Positions 1 through 9,790 of a stretch of 64,000 nucleotides of DNA are shown one piece after another. Within the stretch, counting starts at the first letter, position 1. Each line of letters begins with the position of its first letter. Both the position numbers and the translations under genes were made by a program. The notes beneath the pieces are model-generated. The model saw only the letters and a list, made by a program, of their open reading frames with translations. It was not told where the DNA came from and did not search any database. This DNA is from a virus, in IMG/VR virus record IMGVR_UViG_3300021168_000016, positions 1-64,000 of that record. One strand, 5' to 3'.

Positions 1-544
1 ACACACCAGTCTGCGATACTTGATTTGATTCAAAAGACTGATATACAGTAAAGCCAATTTCCACAGGCCAAGGAGTAGGATCAGCGAGCACACTCATTGC
101 TACCTGTGCACTAACTAATCCATGATATGCCCCTAAAGCAAACAACCGAGCATCAGCATCTTGTTCGGATGTAGGAACTGTAATTGTCCCAGCAATGTAT
201 GGAAATTTTGCTAGTTCACAGCAGCCATTAGCAACAAGCGTCCCGCAGAGTGTAACTCCATCAGAACCTGCATCCTGGGGGAAGGTTCCGTCAACGATTA
301 GTTCCTTTGAATATGTATAAGCAGGAGAGAAAACTACAGTCTTATTGCCGAGATACTTTCTATGAATCCATTCATTAGCAGAAGTTCCGGCATGCGCTGT
401 ACAGGAACCTTCAGCACCTTGGTCCTTAATTGGACCGCAGAACTCTCTTAGATCAACTGTTGGAGGCAGAACAGATGAAACCATACTCAACATACGATGA
501 GCAGGCAGTGGAAGCGGTTTCTTACGACCGTATTTTCGCATCAT
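1..544 (-). CDS. Papain-like (C1 family) cysteine peptidase, truncated by window edge
   Basis: Not in ORF track. Manual translation from ATG at 544 (RBS AAGGAG): MMRKYGRKKPLPLPAH...LPPTVDLREFCGPIKDQGAEGSCTAHA, containing the C1 catalytic motif DQGxxGSCxAxA. Confidence 0.85.
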   Translation of the reverse strand, partial: MMRKYGRKKPLPLPAHRMLSMVSSVLPPTVDLREFCGPIKDQGAEGSCTAHAGTSANEWIHRKYLGNKTVVFSPAYTYSKELIVDGTFPQDAGSDGVTLCGTLVANGCCELAKFPYIAGTITVPTSEQDADARLFALGAYHGLVSAQVAMSVLADPTPWPVEIGFTVYQSFESNQVSQTGV

Positions 545-566
545 AGTATTCTCCTTTTAGAACGAA

Positions 567-660
567 CTGTGCAACTTATCCCACGCTCTTATAGGCGGGC
601 GAGGGTTGAGGTCCCTATTCCCTTTTTATCTGACCTCATCCGGTGGAACCTGTTGCACAG
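567..660 (-). ncRNA. Candidate structured intergenic RNA (3-way junction)
   Basis: 9-bp closing stem CTGTGCAAC/GTTGCACAG with internal stems GAGGTC/GACCTC and CCCGC/GCG(T)GGG. Confidence 0.45.
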
Positions 661-671
661 ACTTTTAAAAC

Positions 672-1337
672 TTACCAAGCCTTAACTTGGGTCAAAAGGT
701 TAGTGTTCAGTGTAGAAATCATCGGGTTATTACTTTTTACTTTCAAAGCATTCGATACTGCCACCTTGAACTGCTTTGGAGTAATCTTAGGGCTGCTGGC
801 TTTTACTGCCTTTATAGCAGCTTCCTTAGTTCCTCCAGCAGCAAGTACAGTGCTAGTCAACTGTGCAATCTGCTGAATAGAGGACAAGCAAGCGGAAAGG
901 ATTGCTCCCACCTCTCCTGAAATTGCAGGATCACTCACCTTGAATGCAGTAAGCAACCCCTCATATTTCTGATTCAGGACTTGAATTGCCGCTTGAAGCT
1001 GAAGAAGAATTCCAGGCTGTGCTGCAGCCGCAGCTGCTTGCCATTGCTGGAATAGTTGGAGTACTGGGCCCTGAGCTGCGTTGACCAACCCAGCAGCTGC
1101 TGTAGCTGCTAAACAAATAGCAGCATCGATACAGACAAGAGGAAGCGCTATGTTCACAGCCAAAGGAATGTAACCTAGAATCTTTACTCCATCAGCAAGT
1201 ACGTTGCTCCAAGAGCAAGCTGCTGTAAACGATGCAGCGATAAGAATTGGTACGAGAAGAAAAGAGGTGAAAGTCTTTTTCTTCTCAGTTATCTCAATGC
1301 CAAGATTGAGATTTTGTAACGTGATTGCACTAGTCAT
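672..1337 (-). CDS. Putative lipoprotein in lysis module
   Basis: KKK + hydrophobic stretch + FTAAC lipobox-like motif; helical Ala/Leu-rich body; directly follows the holin-like gene. Confidence 0.55.
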   Translation of the reverse strand: MTSAITLQNLNLGIEITEKKKTFTSFLLVPILIAASFTAACSWSNVLADGVKILGYIPLAVNIALPLVCIDAAICLAATAAAGLVNAAQGPVLQLFQQWQAAAAAAQPGILLQLQAAIQVLNQKYEGLLTAFKVSDPAISGEVGAILSACLSSIQQIAQLTSTVLAAGGTKEAAIKAVKASSPKITPKQFKVAVSNALKVKSNNPMISTLNTNLLTQVKAW

Positions 1338-1621
1338 ATTGTTGATTCTCCTTGTGTAGATGTTTCATCACATACTACAGGTGGCTTGATTTCTTTCTTC
1401 ATCGGTATTGCTACTGTAGCAACATTCGTCTGCATCCACCGTTTCCAAGCACTCCATAAAGCCTTACCCATCGCGAAAAATACAGCTACCCACGCTGCCT
1501 TTGTTAGCGGTAATCCGCCCGACCATGAAGTACAGAAGCTAACAATAGCTGCTTCTGTAGCTTCTACGAAGCTGTGAAAGTAGGCATTCGTGTTGTAATA
1601 ATTGACGATCTTTTTCCACAT
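1334..1621 (-). CDS. Holin-like small membrane protein
   Basis: 95 aa, two hydrophobic segments, charged C-terminus, located after the tail tip gene. Confidence 0.55.
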   Translation of the reverse strand: MWKKIVNYYNTNAYFHSFVEATEAAIVSFCTSWSGGLPLTKAAWVAVFFAMGKALWSAWKRWMQTNVATVAIPMKKEIKPPVVCDETSTQGESTI

Positions 1622-1657
1622 CTAGAGATCCTCTGTATAGATATACCGTAAGTACGA

Positions 1658-4600
1658 TTACGCTTCCATATTAACTGCTGGAAGACTTCCCAAACCATTT
1701 TGTGTAAGACCACCCATAGTAGATGGCAGTGAACCACCCGACATTGGGTTTGTTGCAAATCCTGTACGAGCCTGTCCGGAAGAGTTCCATGCAGTATAAG
1801 ATGTCGCTGGTGCTGTATAACCGCCTTCTGTTTCTGCCAAAGTTGCTACACTACCTCCAATAGCTCCCCAATACAATCCAGGGGGTAATGTTACCGGTGT
1901 GATAGTCGTAGAAAGTGTAGTATTACTATTAGTGATGGGAATGTTAGCCCATTGAAATAGCAAGTGGCCAGTGATATCATACATGCCGTATGCTGCTACA
2001 TCTCCGGCGTGGCCTGTACCCGCATTAACACGAAGATTCATCTTAGAAACCGAAATTGCGTAAGGAAGCCGCATCATCCAAACTCCGACCAGATTAGCAG
2101 TACCATATGTCATTCTTCCAAGTTGTGTTGACCAAACGTAATTGGTCCCATCTCCACTCATCCACCAGTTGGGTGATACTGAGAAACTAGCAGTGGTCCT
2201 GGCGTCTGCTAAAATCTGCCAGTTGGATATTCCATCTGAAATAAGAATTACAGAATCGCCTGCACTGGAAAGAGTCAAAGTAGAAAGACTTTGAATTGTA
2301 TCTCCAGAAAATGGAGTAATAGCTACAGTGTGTGCATCAACCGATTTCTTTGTAACGCCAATAGCAGTATTCTGATTTAGTGACGCTTTTGGAAAGCTAA
2401 CTGTGATATTACCTGAAGTTGTATCACAAATCAAATCATCCCAAGGGAGGGCAGTAATGTTTGCATTAACATTTATAACAAATAGATTAACTACACTCCC
2501 TGAGCCACGACCATCCGCGATGATAGAAGTCCATTGGGGAACTCCTCCGGCAACTGTTGTCCCCATAAGAGCGTAACCATAAGGAATATTCTGAACGCCG
2601 AATGATCCATGAACAGCTGAAAGAGCACTCTCAATATGCGGTACTGCGAAGTTTGGAGTTCCTTGTAATATCGCTCCTGTAGTTTGATCAAATGCCCCGG
2701 GAGCTAGACCGCCTATCCCCACTAAGACTGGAGTTACCTGTGAAAGTGTTTGAAGCTGGTTACCGTAAGCATTAAAGCTTAAGAACTTGAAGTAGAGTGT
2801 TCCTCCTTTAAACGTTGGATCAACTGTATATATGAAAGAGGCTTGGTCTAATCTAGCAAATGCAGCTCCCAGTGGATGATCAAATGGATATGTTCCGTAT
2901 ACACCTCTTCGAAGACTTGTAAGATTATACGTATTTAAACCAGTTAAAGTTGCTGTCTCGTATGAAACCAGTTCTAATGCGTATGTCCCTCCTCCGTAGA
3001 CTGTCATTCTAAAGTTGTCTGTAAAGATAGTATCGCCAAGTACCCCATTTATCTGTACCATGATACCAAACCCATTCGGGCCTTGACTATTGATTTGGTC
3101 TACAGTAAAACTAGGGATCCCCCACATATCGACAGAGGTTCCAAAGGAGACTTGAGCAGCGGGACCAACTGTTGATAAGAAGGATGCAGATCTCGGATTC
3201 CCAATTCGCTGCCCATTATAAAGTAACTGTACTGTAGCAGTAGCGGGAGAACTAACTTGAGCAGCCGCTATTGTAACTGAAATCCCAGTTGTGATAAAAC
3301 CGAACGGTAGTTGAAATCCGAAGTCTGTCCCTTGTATCCAGTTGGTAGTAGTTGTGTTAGTTAAAATAGCAGATGCAAATAATGAAGAAGAATTTACATA
3401 CTGTGTATTAAGCCACTGCGCTCCACTGCCAGCTGCTTGCCAGAATACTGTAAGTTTTACATTCTTGACAAAGATATCAGCTATGTTTGAACTTGAAACT
3501 GTTCCTCCATCTACAGCCTGCATTGCAATACCGAACGTCGGGTCATTTACAATAGCGGGAAGAAGGGATCCTGAAAATATACTCCAACCACTTAGATCTG
3601 TTGAACTTCCCAGAGTCAAAGTTGTAGCAGTACCTGGCATGGGACTAGCAAAGGTTGGGCCACCTGCATAAATACCGCCCCGATAAGCTAACATGAAATT
3701 TAGTCCGGGAGCCGTAGGTTGGAAAGTATCAGTTGCAAAGGCTGTAGCTGTAACCTGTAATCCTAAAATTGGACCAGCTCCATTTGGAATATTAAATCCC
3801 ATCGCAGTAGTAAAGAGAAAATCTGATCCAACTAATCCAGTTGAATTTATAAGATGAGATTGAGAAAATGTTGAAGAACCGAGTACACTGCTTACATTTG
3901 TCCAAGCACCGGTTGATCCAAAGGATGCTACATCAGCTGCAACCGTACCGAGAAACGGTCCTTGCGTCCCAGGAGATCCTGTAGTTGTGGATATGCCAAC
4001 ATTTGCTCCAGTCTGCGCCGTACTTGTTGTAGACGATGGGAGTGAAGCTGAAGGAGAAACAATTCCCGATAATGTTACAAACGCATCTCTATCAGCTGCT
4101 GTTACAGTCTGTAGTGTGGCTCCTGATTGTTGCATGTTAACTGATAATGTATCTGTATTATCAGGATCAGCGTGGGGAGGTAAATCAGCAGTTGTAACAC
4201 CAATACGTCCTGGAGTATCAATTTGATCGTAGAAGGTATAGTCTACTCCATTGAAGGAAACGTAAACCTGGGCTCCTCCCCAATTGCTTTGAGATCCATT
4301 TGCAAAGATATAAATCTTGCCACCTGAGAATTGAGCGGCTCGATTCGGTACTTCAAAGATTAAAGCTGTTGTAGGACCAGGATCTTCCTGAGGTCCATCA
4401 TTCGTATTACTTGGAAGCTGGGCTTGAGCATTGTAAAGAAGTGCTGCACCTACTGACCATGGAAAGTTTTCTGCTTCAATGTCGATCCCTTTTTGGGGAT
4501 CATCTACCATCTTAGTGATGCGACAAGGAGTCCGACCGAACAGCGTTCCCGCTGTTAGAAGTACCCCATCCGTGATAGTAATAATATCGCCAGGACTCAG

Positions 4601-6766
4601 GAAGGCTAAGTTAGATTTAAGTGTGAACTTATAGGTTGTATAGATCGCAGAATAACGCTGCAATCGCATATTTCCTGCAAACTGGGCAGCAGGAAGTGTA
4701 GTTACAAACCCATAATCTTGCGCTGTCTCTGACATTAATCCATATTGCTGGACAGCTGCTTCATCCTGAGTTTGATAAATATCTTGATTGTAATCGTTTG
4801 ATCGTACATCCCAACGAACACCTACTCTATTCCATCTGTTCTGCCAAGGTGTTTGCTCGATAGTAATTGGATCTTTATTAGGATCTACGACGAAATCATT
4901 ATCATCGAGATCAATAATTGGCTGGGTTGGGGGAGAATAAACAGCCCCATGTCCGATAGATGTAGTATCGGATAAGGGAATGAACTTTAGCATTCCTTCA
5001 TCAAATGATATATATGCTTGTCCAGCTTCACACCACTTAGATATCACATTCATTAGAGATGATTGTGAATCAAGTATGTCTGAAATAAAGAAGCTATTGG
5101 ACGACCACATTGCTCTAACGCAGGAAGATATAGGGGGAGAAGTAGGAGTATAAACAGCAGAACTTGTCTGTCCTACCCAAGTTCCGGTACCATTAGCAGG
5201 TCCTGTAATCTGATTTGTCAGTAGAGAGTTGGTACCAGTAACAGTACCAACCATGAGAGCTATAGCTCCTGATGTTGTTTGCTTTACAACCTCTCCGGAT
5301 GTAAAGGTCCCACTTGTAACATTTCCTGTTATTGTATAGTTGCCTAAGAGAGAACTTCCGATGTTGAGAATTGGGAAGTTCAGTTTATAAATCGGGGCAA
5401 CTAGTAAACCGTATATAGCATCCGCTGGATTAGCATCAGGGATGCCTTTCCCAAAAGAATATGGTCCGAGGATTTCGAAGTTGTACTGCGGTAAGACTGG
5501 AGAGTAACCAAGATACAATCCAGAACTTGCTACATATGCTAGTTCACTGTAACCTAGAGCAGCGGAAGGAAAGCCGCTAGTGAGATATGACCAAACAGGT
5601 TGTCCTAACCCGCCCCCAAAGAATGTTAGGTTGATGGTGCCTGAAGTATTGTTGTCAACATTGGGGTCTGCATAGATATAGGAAATTACAACGCCTGCTC
5701 CCTGATCTCCAACAGAGAATGTGTAATGCCCATTGTTGGGATTATACTGTCCGGTTGAAGGAGTACCTGAGGTAGCTGTTAACGCAATTCCTGATGGATA
5801 ATAACTAACACCGTTATCAAATCTGTAAGAAGCTGCATATTGAACTGTAATTACAAAAGGAGTTACAGGAACAACATCTAATTCATCTTCTTGAATATGA
5901 TAACGATATGCTGTATAATTTACTACAATTGTAGAGCCAGTCTGTGCGGCATTAAATACGTAGACAGGAACACTTCCGATTATCAACGCAGTCATTATAG
6001 CTGTATCAGCTATACCGTTCGGATTGTTCAAAGTCAGTGTTGCTGCTGTAGAGGCAGTACATGTAAACTGACCGTTGTTCGCTGGAAAGTTAGAACCTTT
6101 TGTTACGAATACATAATTAGCATACGCGTTAGAAGCTCCTCCTGTAATCGTACCTGTATATACAGTACTCCCAGCAGAAGCATTTGCTACAGATGTAATA
6201 GAAAGAGCACTCTGTCCGCCAGTACCGCCAGTACCCCCTCCCCCTACAGGTCGAGCGTTAATTGTATACTGTCCAGGTGCAGGAGATGGATTTGTAGTGT
6301 ATACGAGCGGGATATAATGGCTACCTGTACGAGTAGTACTCCCGGGAGAACCGTAATCATTAGTGGTTACAGAGTAAGATGTATTGATTCCTACGCCTAA
6401 ATCTTGTTTGAATGCGAACTGATTTAATGGTGTATAGGTTGTACCGGATACTACTGTCGTCTCTGAGAATGTATCCATCGCGTAACGACCGATGGAATCC
6501 CACACAGCTAAGAAATTAACGCAATTACCCAGACATACACTACCGATTACACTTGCTGAATAAACGTATTGAACGCCGCCTTTAGCTAGACCACTGCCTC
6601 CCTGCTGCTTAGCTTGCTTGGATGAGAATGCACCATACCACAACAGTCGCCAAGATAAACGCTGTTGTCCTATAACAATCGGAATAGTAGTTCCTAGTAT
6701 CGATTGGGCTACTCTTAGACCATTAAATCTCGTGACTGGATTACTTGTGTTTCCTTCTAAGCCCAC
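1658..6766 (-). CDS. Tail tip / central fibre protein (Phage-tail_3 / GTA megatron-like) with receptor-binding extensions
   Basis: 1702 aa; N-terminal GTTIPIVIGQQR; LSPGDIITITD; ELVSYETATL...LRRGVYGT...H..GAAFARLD..YFKFLSFN; follows NlpC/P60 as in GTA-type tails. Confidence 0.85.
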   Translation of the reverse strand: MGLEGNTSNPVTRFNGLRVAQSILGTTIPIVIGQQRLSWRLLWYGAFSSKQAKQQGGSGLAKGGVQYVYSASVIGSVCLGNCVNFLAVWDSIGRYAMDTFSETTVVSGTTYTPLNQFAFKQDLGVGINTSYSVTTNDYGSPGSTTRTGSHYIPLVYTTNPSPAPGQYTINARPVGGGGTGGTGGQSALSITSVANASAGSTVYTGTITGGASNAYANYVFVTKGSNFPANNGQFTCTASTAATLTLNNPNGIADTAIMTALIIGSVPVYVFNAAQTGSTIVVNYTAYRYHIQEDELDVVPVTPFVITVQYAASYRFDNGVSYYPSGIALTATSGTPSTGQYNPNNGHYTFSVGDQGAGVVISYIYADPNVDNNTSGTINLTFFGGGLGQPVWSYLTSGFPSAALGYSELAYVASSGLYLGYSPVLPQYNFEILGPYSFGKGIPDANPADAIYGLLVAPIYKLNFPILNIGSSLLGNYTITGNVTSGTFTSGEVVKQTTSGAIALMVGTVTGTNSLLTNQITGPANGTGTWVGQTSSAVYTPTSPPISSCVRAMWSSNSFFISDILDSQSSLMNVISKWCEAGQAYISFDEGMLKFIPLSDTTSIGHGAVYSPPTQPIIDLDDNDFVVDPNKDPITIEQTPWQNRWNRVGVRWDVRSNDYNQDIYQTQDEAAVQQYGLMSETAQDYGFVTTLPAAQFAGNMRLQRYSAIYTTYKFTLKSNLAFLSPGDIITITDGVLLTAGTLFGRTPCRITKMVDDPQKGIDIEAENFPWSVGAALLYNAQAQLPSNTNDGPQEDPGPTTALIFEVPNRAAQFSGGKIYIFANGSQSNWGGAQVYVSFNGVDYTFYDQIDTPGRIGVTTADLPPHADPDNTDTLSVNMQQSGATLQTVTAADRDAFVTLSGIVSPSASLPSSTTSTAQTGANVGISTTTGSPGTQGPFLGTVAADVASFGSTGAWTNVSSVLGSSTFSQSHLINSTGLVGSDFLFTTAMGFNIPNGAGPILGLQVTATAFATDTFQPTAPGLNFMLAYRGGIYAGGPTFASPMPGTATTLTLGSSTDLSGWSIFSGSLLPAIVNDPTFGIAMQAVDGGTVSSSNIADIFVKNVKLTVFWQAAGSGAQWLNTQYVNSSSLFASAILTNTTTTNWIQGTDFGFQLPFGFITTGISVTIAAAQVSSPATATVQLLYNGQRIGNPRSASFLSTVGPAAQVSFGTSVDMWGIPSFTVDQINSQGPNGFGIMVQINGVLGDTIFTDNFRMTVYGGGTYALELVSYETATLTGLNTYNLTSLRRGVYGTYPFDHPLGAAFARLDQASFIYTVDPTFKGGTLYFKFLSFNAYGNQLQTLSQVTPVLVGIGGLAPGAFDQTTGAILQGTPNFAVPHIESALSAVHGSFGVQNIPYGYALMGTTVAGGVPQWTSIIADGRGSGSVVNLFVINVNANITALPWDDLICDTTSGNITVSFPKASLNQNTAIGVTKKSVDAHTVAITPFSGDTIQSLSTLTLSSAGDSVILISDGISNWQILADARTTASFSVSPNWWMSGDGTNYVWSTQLGRMTYGTANLVGVWMMRLPYAISVSKMNLRVNAGTGHAGDVAAYGMYDITGHLLFQWANIPITNSNTTLSTTITPVTLPPGLYWGAIGGSVATLAETEGGYTAPATSYTAWNSSGQARTGFATNPMSGGSLPSTMGGLTQNGLGSLPAVNMEA

Positions 6767-6768
6767 AT

Positions 6769-7251
6769 CTACTCCTCATCCTTGTCGAATACAGAAAAGA
6801 ATCGACGTTGTCTTTTTACCAGGAATCCTTCGTTATCAGCATGGGAACCTACAACACCTAATTTAACAACTGGATGTAAAACATACTCAGGCCATTTGAT
6901 AATGATACCACCATGTGTCCAGGAGGCAGCTACTTTCCAGATGATAAAGTCTCCCGGTTGTACTTCATCTTCTGTTATTTCTCGCCTAGCAAATCGTAGG
7001 ACTATATCAAGGAATGTTGTATCTTCAAACTTCAGATGAAACTTATCTTTCTGTGATGGGCTGTTAAGCCACTGTTGGGGCGAATAATAAGGGACAGTAA
7101 AGTCTTTAGGGATACGTCCTACAGCTTGATAACATTTTAGTGGAAAAAAGGCACAGTCGACACCGGCATTCTTGATGCCTGCGTGATCGTGATAAGGTGT
7201 CCCGACCCAGCTAATAGCTTCTTTAACGATCTGTTCTCTGATTGAATTCAT
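6769..7251 (-). CDS. Tail-associated NlpC/P60 peptidase
   Basis: EAISWVGTPYHD...GVDCA, QPGD...THGGII..LH catalytic Cys/His motifs. Confidence 0.9.
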   Translation of the reverse strand: MNSIREQIVKEAISWVGTPYHDHAGIKNAGVDCAFFPLKCYQAVGRIPKDFTVPYYSPQQWLNSPSQKDKFHLKFEDTTFLDIVLRFARREITEDEVQPGDFIIWKVAASWTHGGIIIKWPEYVLHPVVKLGVVGSHADNEGFLVKRQRRFFSVFDKDEE

Positions 7252-7262
7252 AAAGTAGTCCT

Positions 7263-7377
7263 ACTCGCCGCTAGTGCCATCTGGGTCTCTCGACTTAGGT
7301 AAGCAGTTTTCACTGGAGGCATCATTGCCACGTGCGCCGCCTTAAGGACTGGTTAGCGGTTCTTCCTGGCGGCGAGT
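7263..7377 (-). ncRNA. Candidate structured RNA in the NlpC/P60 leader
   Basis: Closing stem ACTCGCCGC/GCGGCGAGT; CCGC/GCGG; GNRA hairpins CAGT-GAAA-ACTG and GTC-GAGA-GAC. Confidence 0.5.
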
Positions 7378-7397
7378 TAACTTGTCTAAGTCCTTTG

Positions 7398-8936
7398 TTA
7401 TGAAGCAATTTCCGGGTTCGGGACGTACGGCTGTCCCCCGTAATGTATCTGGTTAGCATAAATGATAGTACAGGTACCTAAAGTTTTATCACAACCGGAA
7501 AACAATCTAAATGTATCACCCGCGGCAACTGCGAAAGGAAGAGGCTTAATCAGTTGTAGTTGGAACAGACCACTGGCTACAGCCTGCATCTTTATGGTTG
7601 CTTTAATACCTGTATTCTGTCCTGTCATTCCAAGAACGTAACCCTGAGGAAAAGATTGGTTAGCAGCACTCGTGCCTGCTACTAAACTTCCTAAGGAGGT
7701 GAAGCTAGCGGTCCCGTCTGTAGTAACAGCTCCTCGTGTTGTAGTATAAGCTGGCAGTGATCCTGCAGATGTTCCTTCTGTAGTACACATGTAAACAACA
7801 TTACTTATAACAATCAGATTACCATGGATGTAAGGTGTCCCATTCGTCCTTGCTGTCCCTATAAAGTTTAGATAAAGGGTCGTACTCGATGCATCAAGAG
7901 CGTAAGGAGTACTTCTAACGTTATTAATCTGTAGTGTACAGCCTGAATCACAGAAGGTATGTCTACATACTGATTGGATAAGATGAGGCGGAAAGGGACG
8001 ATTCAAGATATAAGTAAGATCGAATACTTCACAGACGACCTTAGATCGTCCTGTAGTCTTAACATTTCCAATCTGCCCAATCATTAACTGCATTGTACCC
8101 ATTGAGAAGCCGGAGCTAGGGAGGCTACCAAGAGGCCAGTATAGAGATTGGATAATTACTTTAGCTCCATTAAGCGCCCCTTGATTAACGACCTGCATCA
8201 GTGATGTAGTTGTTCCTGGGTAAACAACCGATTCTGGGATGTATGCATTTAACTCCATCGAACCAGCATTCATTGAGAATGAAGCCTCGTTAGAATAAGC
8301 ACCTCTCTCCCATGATCCATACTTCGATATGTAGTATGTAGGAGGTACGATATTCATTACCCAACTACCTGTATTGGTGATAGGATCATACGTATTGGTG
8401 TTCAACCCAAGTAGTAACTGCGTCGTTCCTAAGGGCGCTGGACCGATAGTAAGATTTGTTCCAATGTAGAACGGAGGAGAGATTACCCAACCTGAAGCAT
8501 TCGCGAACGCACCAATTAAACATCCTGCTGCAGGAATGGAGGATCCAATAACATAGTGCCCTGGATAGGTATTATCTGGTGTAAGAAAGGCTCCGGTTGG
8601 ATCATAGATATCAGGACCTACGTTTGTAATTGTACCAGATGCGTAGGATAATGTAATCACCTGTCCTTGCGTCATCGTTACAGAAGTGGGACCAGTTCCA
8701 GTTGCACCTGAGGGAGTAAAGGGATAGGTAGGATCTGTACGACTCCATGGATAAGAAGTTGCAGCGACTGTAACTGTTGCACCTAAACCTGTAGGATATG
8801 TAATCTGTGTTACGTTCGTTCCGTCAAGGACATTCATAACCTGTCCGTTTGGTAGGACGATTGAAATAAGATAAGCCCTCGAGAACGTTGTGTTTCCAAG
8901 AAGAAACGTTGTAAGAGATGAGCTAATTGTCTTCAT
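7398..8936 (-). CDS. Tail hub protein (DUF2163 / BR0599 family) with inserted domains
   Basis: MKTISSSLTTFL N-terminus; CRHTFCDSGC and GDTFRLFSGCDKTLGTC...NQIHYGGQPYVP C-terminal Cys cluster typical of the family. Confidence 0.85.
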   Translation of the reverse strand: MKTISSSLTTFLLGNTTFSRAYLISIVLPNGQVMNVLDGTNVTQITYPTGLGATVTVAATSYPWSRTDPTYPFTPSGATGTGPTSVTMTQGQVITLSYASGTITNVGPDIYDPTGAFLTPDNTYPGHYVIGSSIPAAGCLIGAFANASGWVISPPFYIGTNLTIGPAPLGTTQLLLGLNTNTYDPITNTGSWVMNIVPPTYYISKYGSWERGAYSNEASFSMNAGSMELNAYIPESVVYPGTTTSLMQVVNQGALNGAKVIIQSLYWPLGSLPSSGFSMGTMQLMIGQIGNVKTTGRSKVVCEVFDLTYILNRPFPPHLIQSVCRHTFCDSGCTLQINNVRSTPYALDASSTTLYLNFIGTARTNGTPYIHGNLIVISNVVYMCTTEGTSAGSLPAYTTTRGAVTTDGTASFTSLGSLVAGTSAANQSFPQGYVLGMTGQNTGIKATIKMQAVASGLFQLQLIKPLPFAVAAGDTFRLFSGCDKTLGTCTIIYANQIHYGGQPYVPNPEIAS

Positions 8937-9790
8937 TAGAGAAGTACCGAATGGAATTTCAATTCTTCCATGGACCAGATGGCTGCATAATCCTCTGCGA
9001 GATTACTCCATGAATCATCCGTGAATGCGCATCTGTACATGAAGCCGCCAGTCCATGATATATTCTGTCCGCCTGTAGGAATATGTCCCGCAGTAAATGT
9101 TATAGTACCATACTGATCAGGCCCAGTATAATTAGTTACGGGAGTACTCAGACTACCTGCAACGTAGATATTTGGGTTGAAGACAAAGTTCTGCATTAAA
9201 TCCTGTGCTCCTCCACTAACTATTGATCTAACCATTGAGAAGGCTGCTGTCGTTCCATCACCTGTCCCTATAGATTGTGAAGTTGATAGTACAGGTACAG
9301 CAGAAGGCGTGAATACAGCGGCACTAGTTTGTCCTACCCAAGTATGTGAGTTATCTGGAGTCTGTGCAATGTTCCATGGACCAATTGTAAGCTGATTAGC
9401 TGCTACAGTTATTTCTGCTACTGTTGCTCCTGTAGTTGTCTGGATAACGGTTTCACGTGTAATAAAACGTCCGCTAGTTAACGTTCCTGCAACCGTAAAG
9501 CTGCCTTCAATGTTATCATATGGATGTAAGAATAACCAATCAGAAGCAGCGCCCTGTACTCCCATGTAGAAGTTTATCAGTTGCTGCCAAGGGGTATTTA
9601 CTCCTTGATTATCTCCAGCTAAGTATGCTACGTCTATGCTGAAATCCCAGAGAGGGAACTGCATTGTAGGAATACGAATCTGTCCTCTTCCTGACGCTGA
9701 AGTTTGTGTGATCGTATTAAAACGAGGAGTTTGCTTGATTGGAAATCCAACTGCTGATCCGAAAGTAAGCGGGAAAATTAAAAGGCTCAT
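8936..9790 (-). CDS. Distal tail protein (DUF2460 family)
   Basis: KQTPRFNTITQTSASGR...P.W.F; GTGDGTTAAF; WTGGFMYRCAF..D; position directly after tape measure. Confidence 0.85.
   Translation of the reverse strand: MSLLIFPLTFGSAVGFPIKQTPRFNTITQTSASGRGQIRIPTMQFPLWDFSIDVAYLAGDNQGVNTPWQQLINFYMGVQGAASDWLFLHPYDNIEGSFTVAGTLTSGRFITRETVIQTTTGATVAEITVAANQLTIGPWNIAQTPDNSHTWVGQTSAAVFTPSAVPVLSTSQSIGTGDGTTAAFSMVRSIVSGGAQDLMQNFVFNPNIYVAGSLSTPVTNYTGPDQYGTITFTAGHIPTGGQNISWTGGFMYRCAFTDDSWSNLAEDYAAIWSMEELKFHSVLL

Noticed and set aside
567-660. Hammerhead ribozyme (CGGATGAG resembles CTGATGAG)
   Set aside because: No GAAA after stem II, and the core is mismatched.
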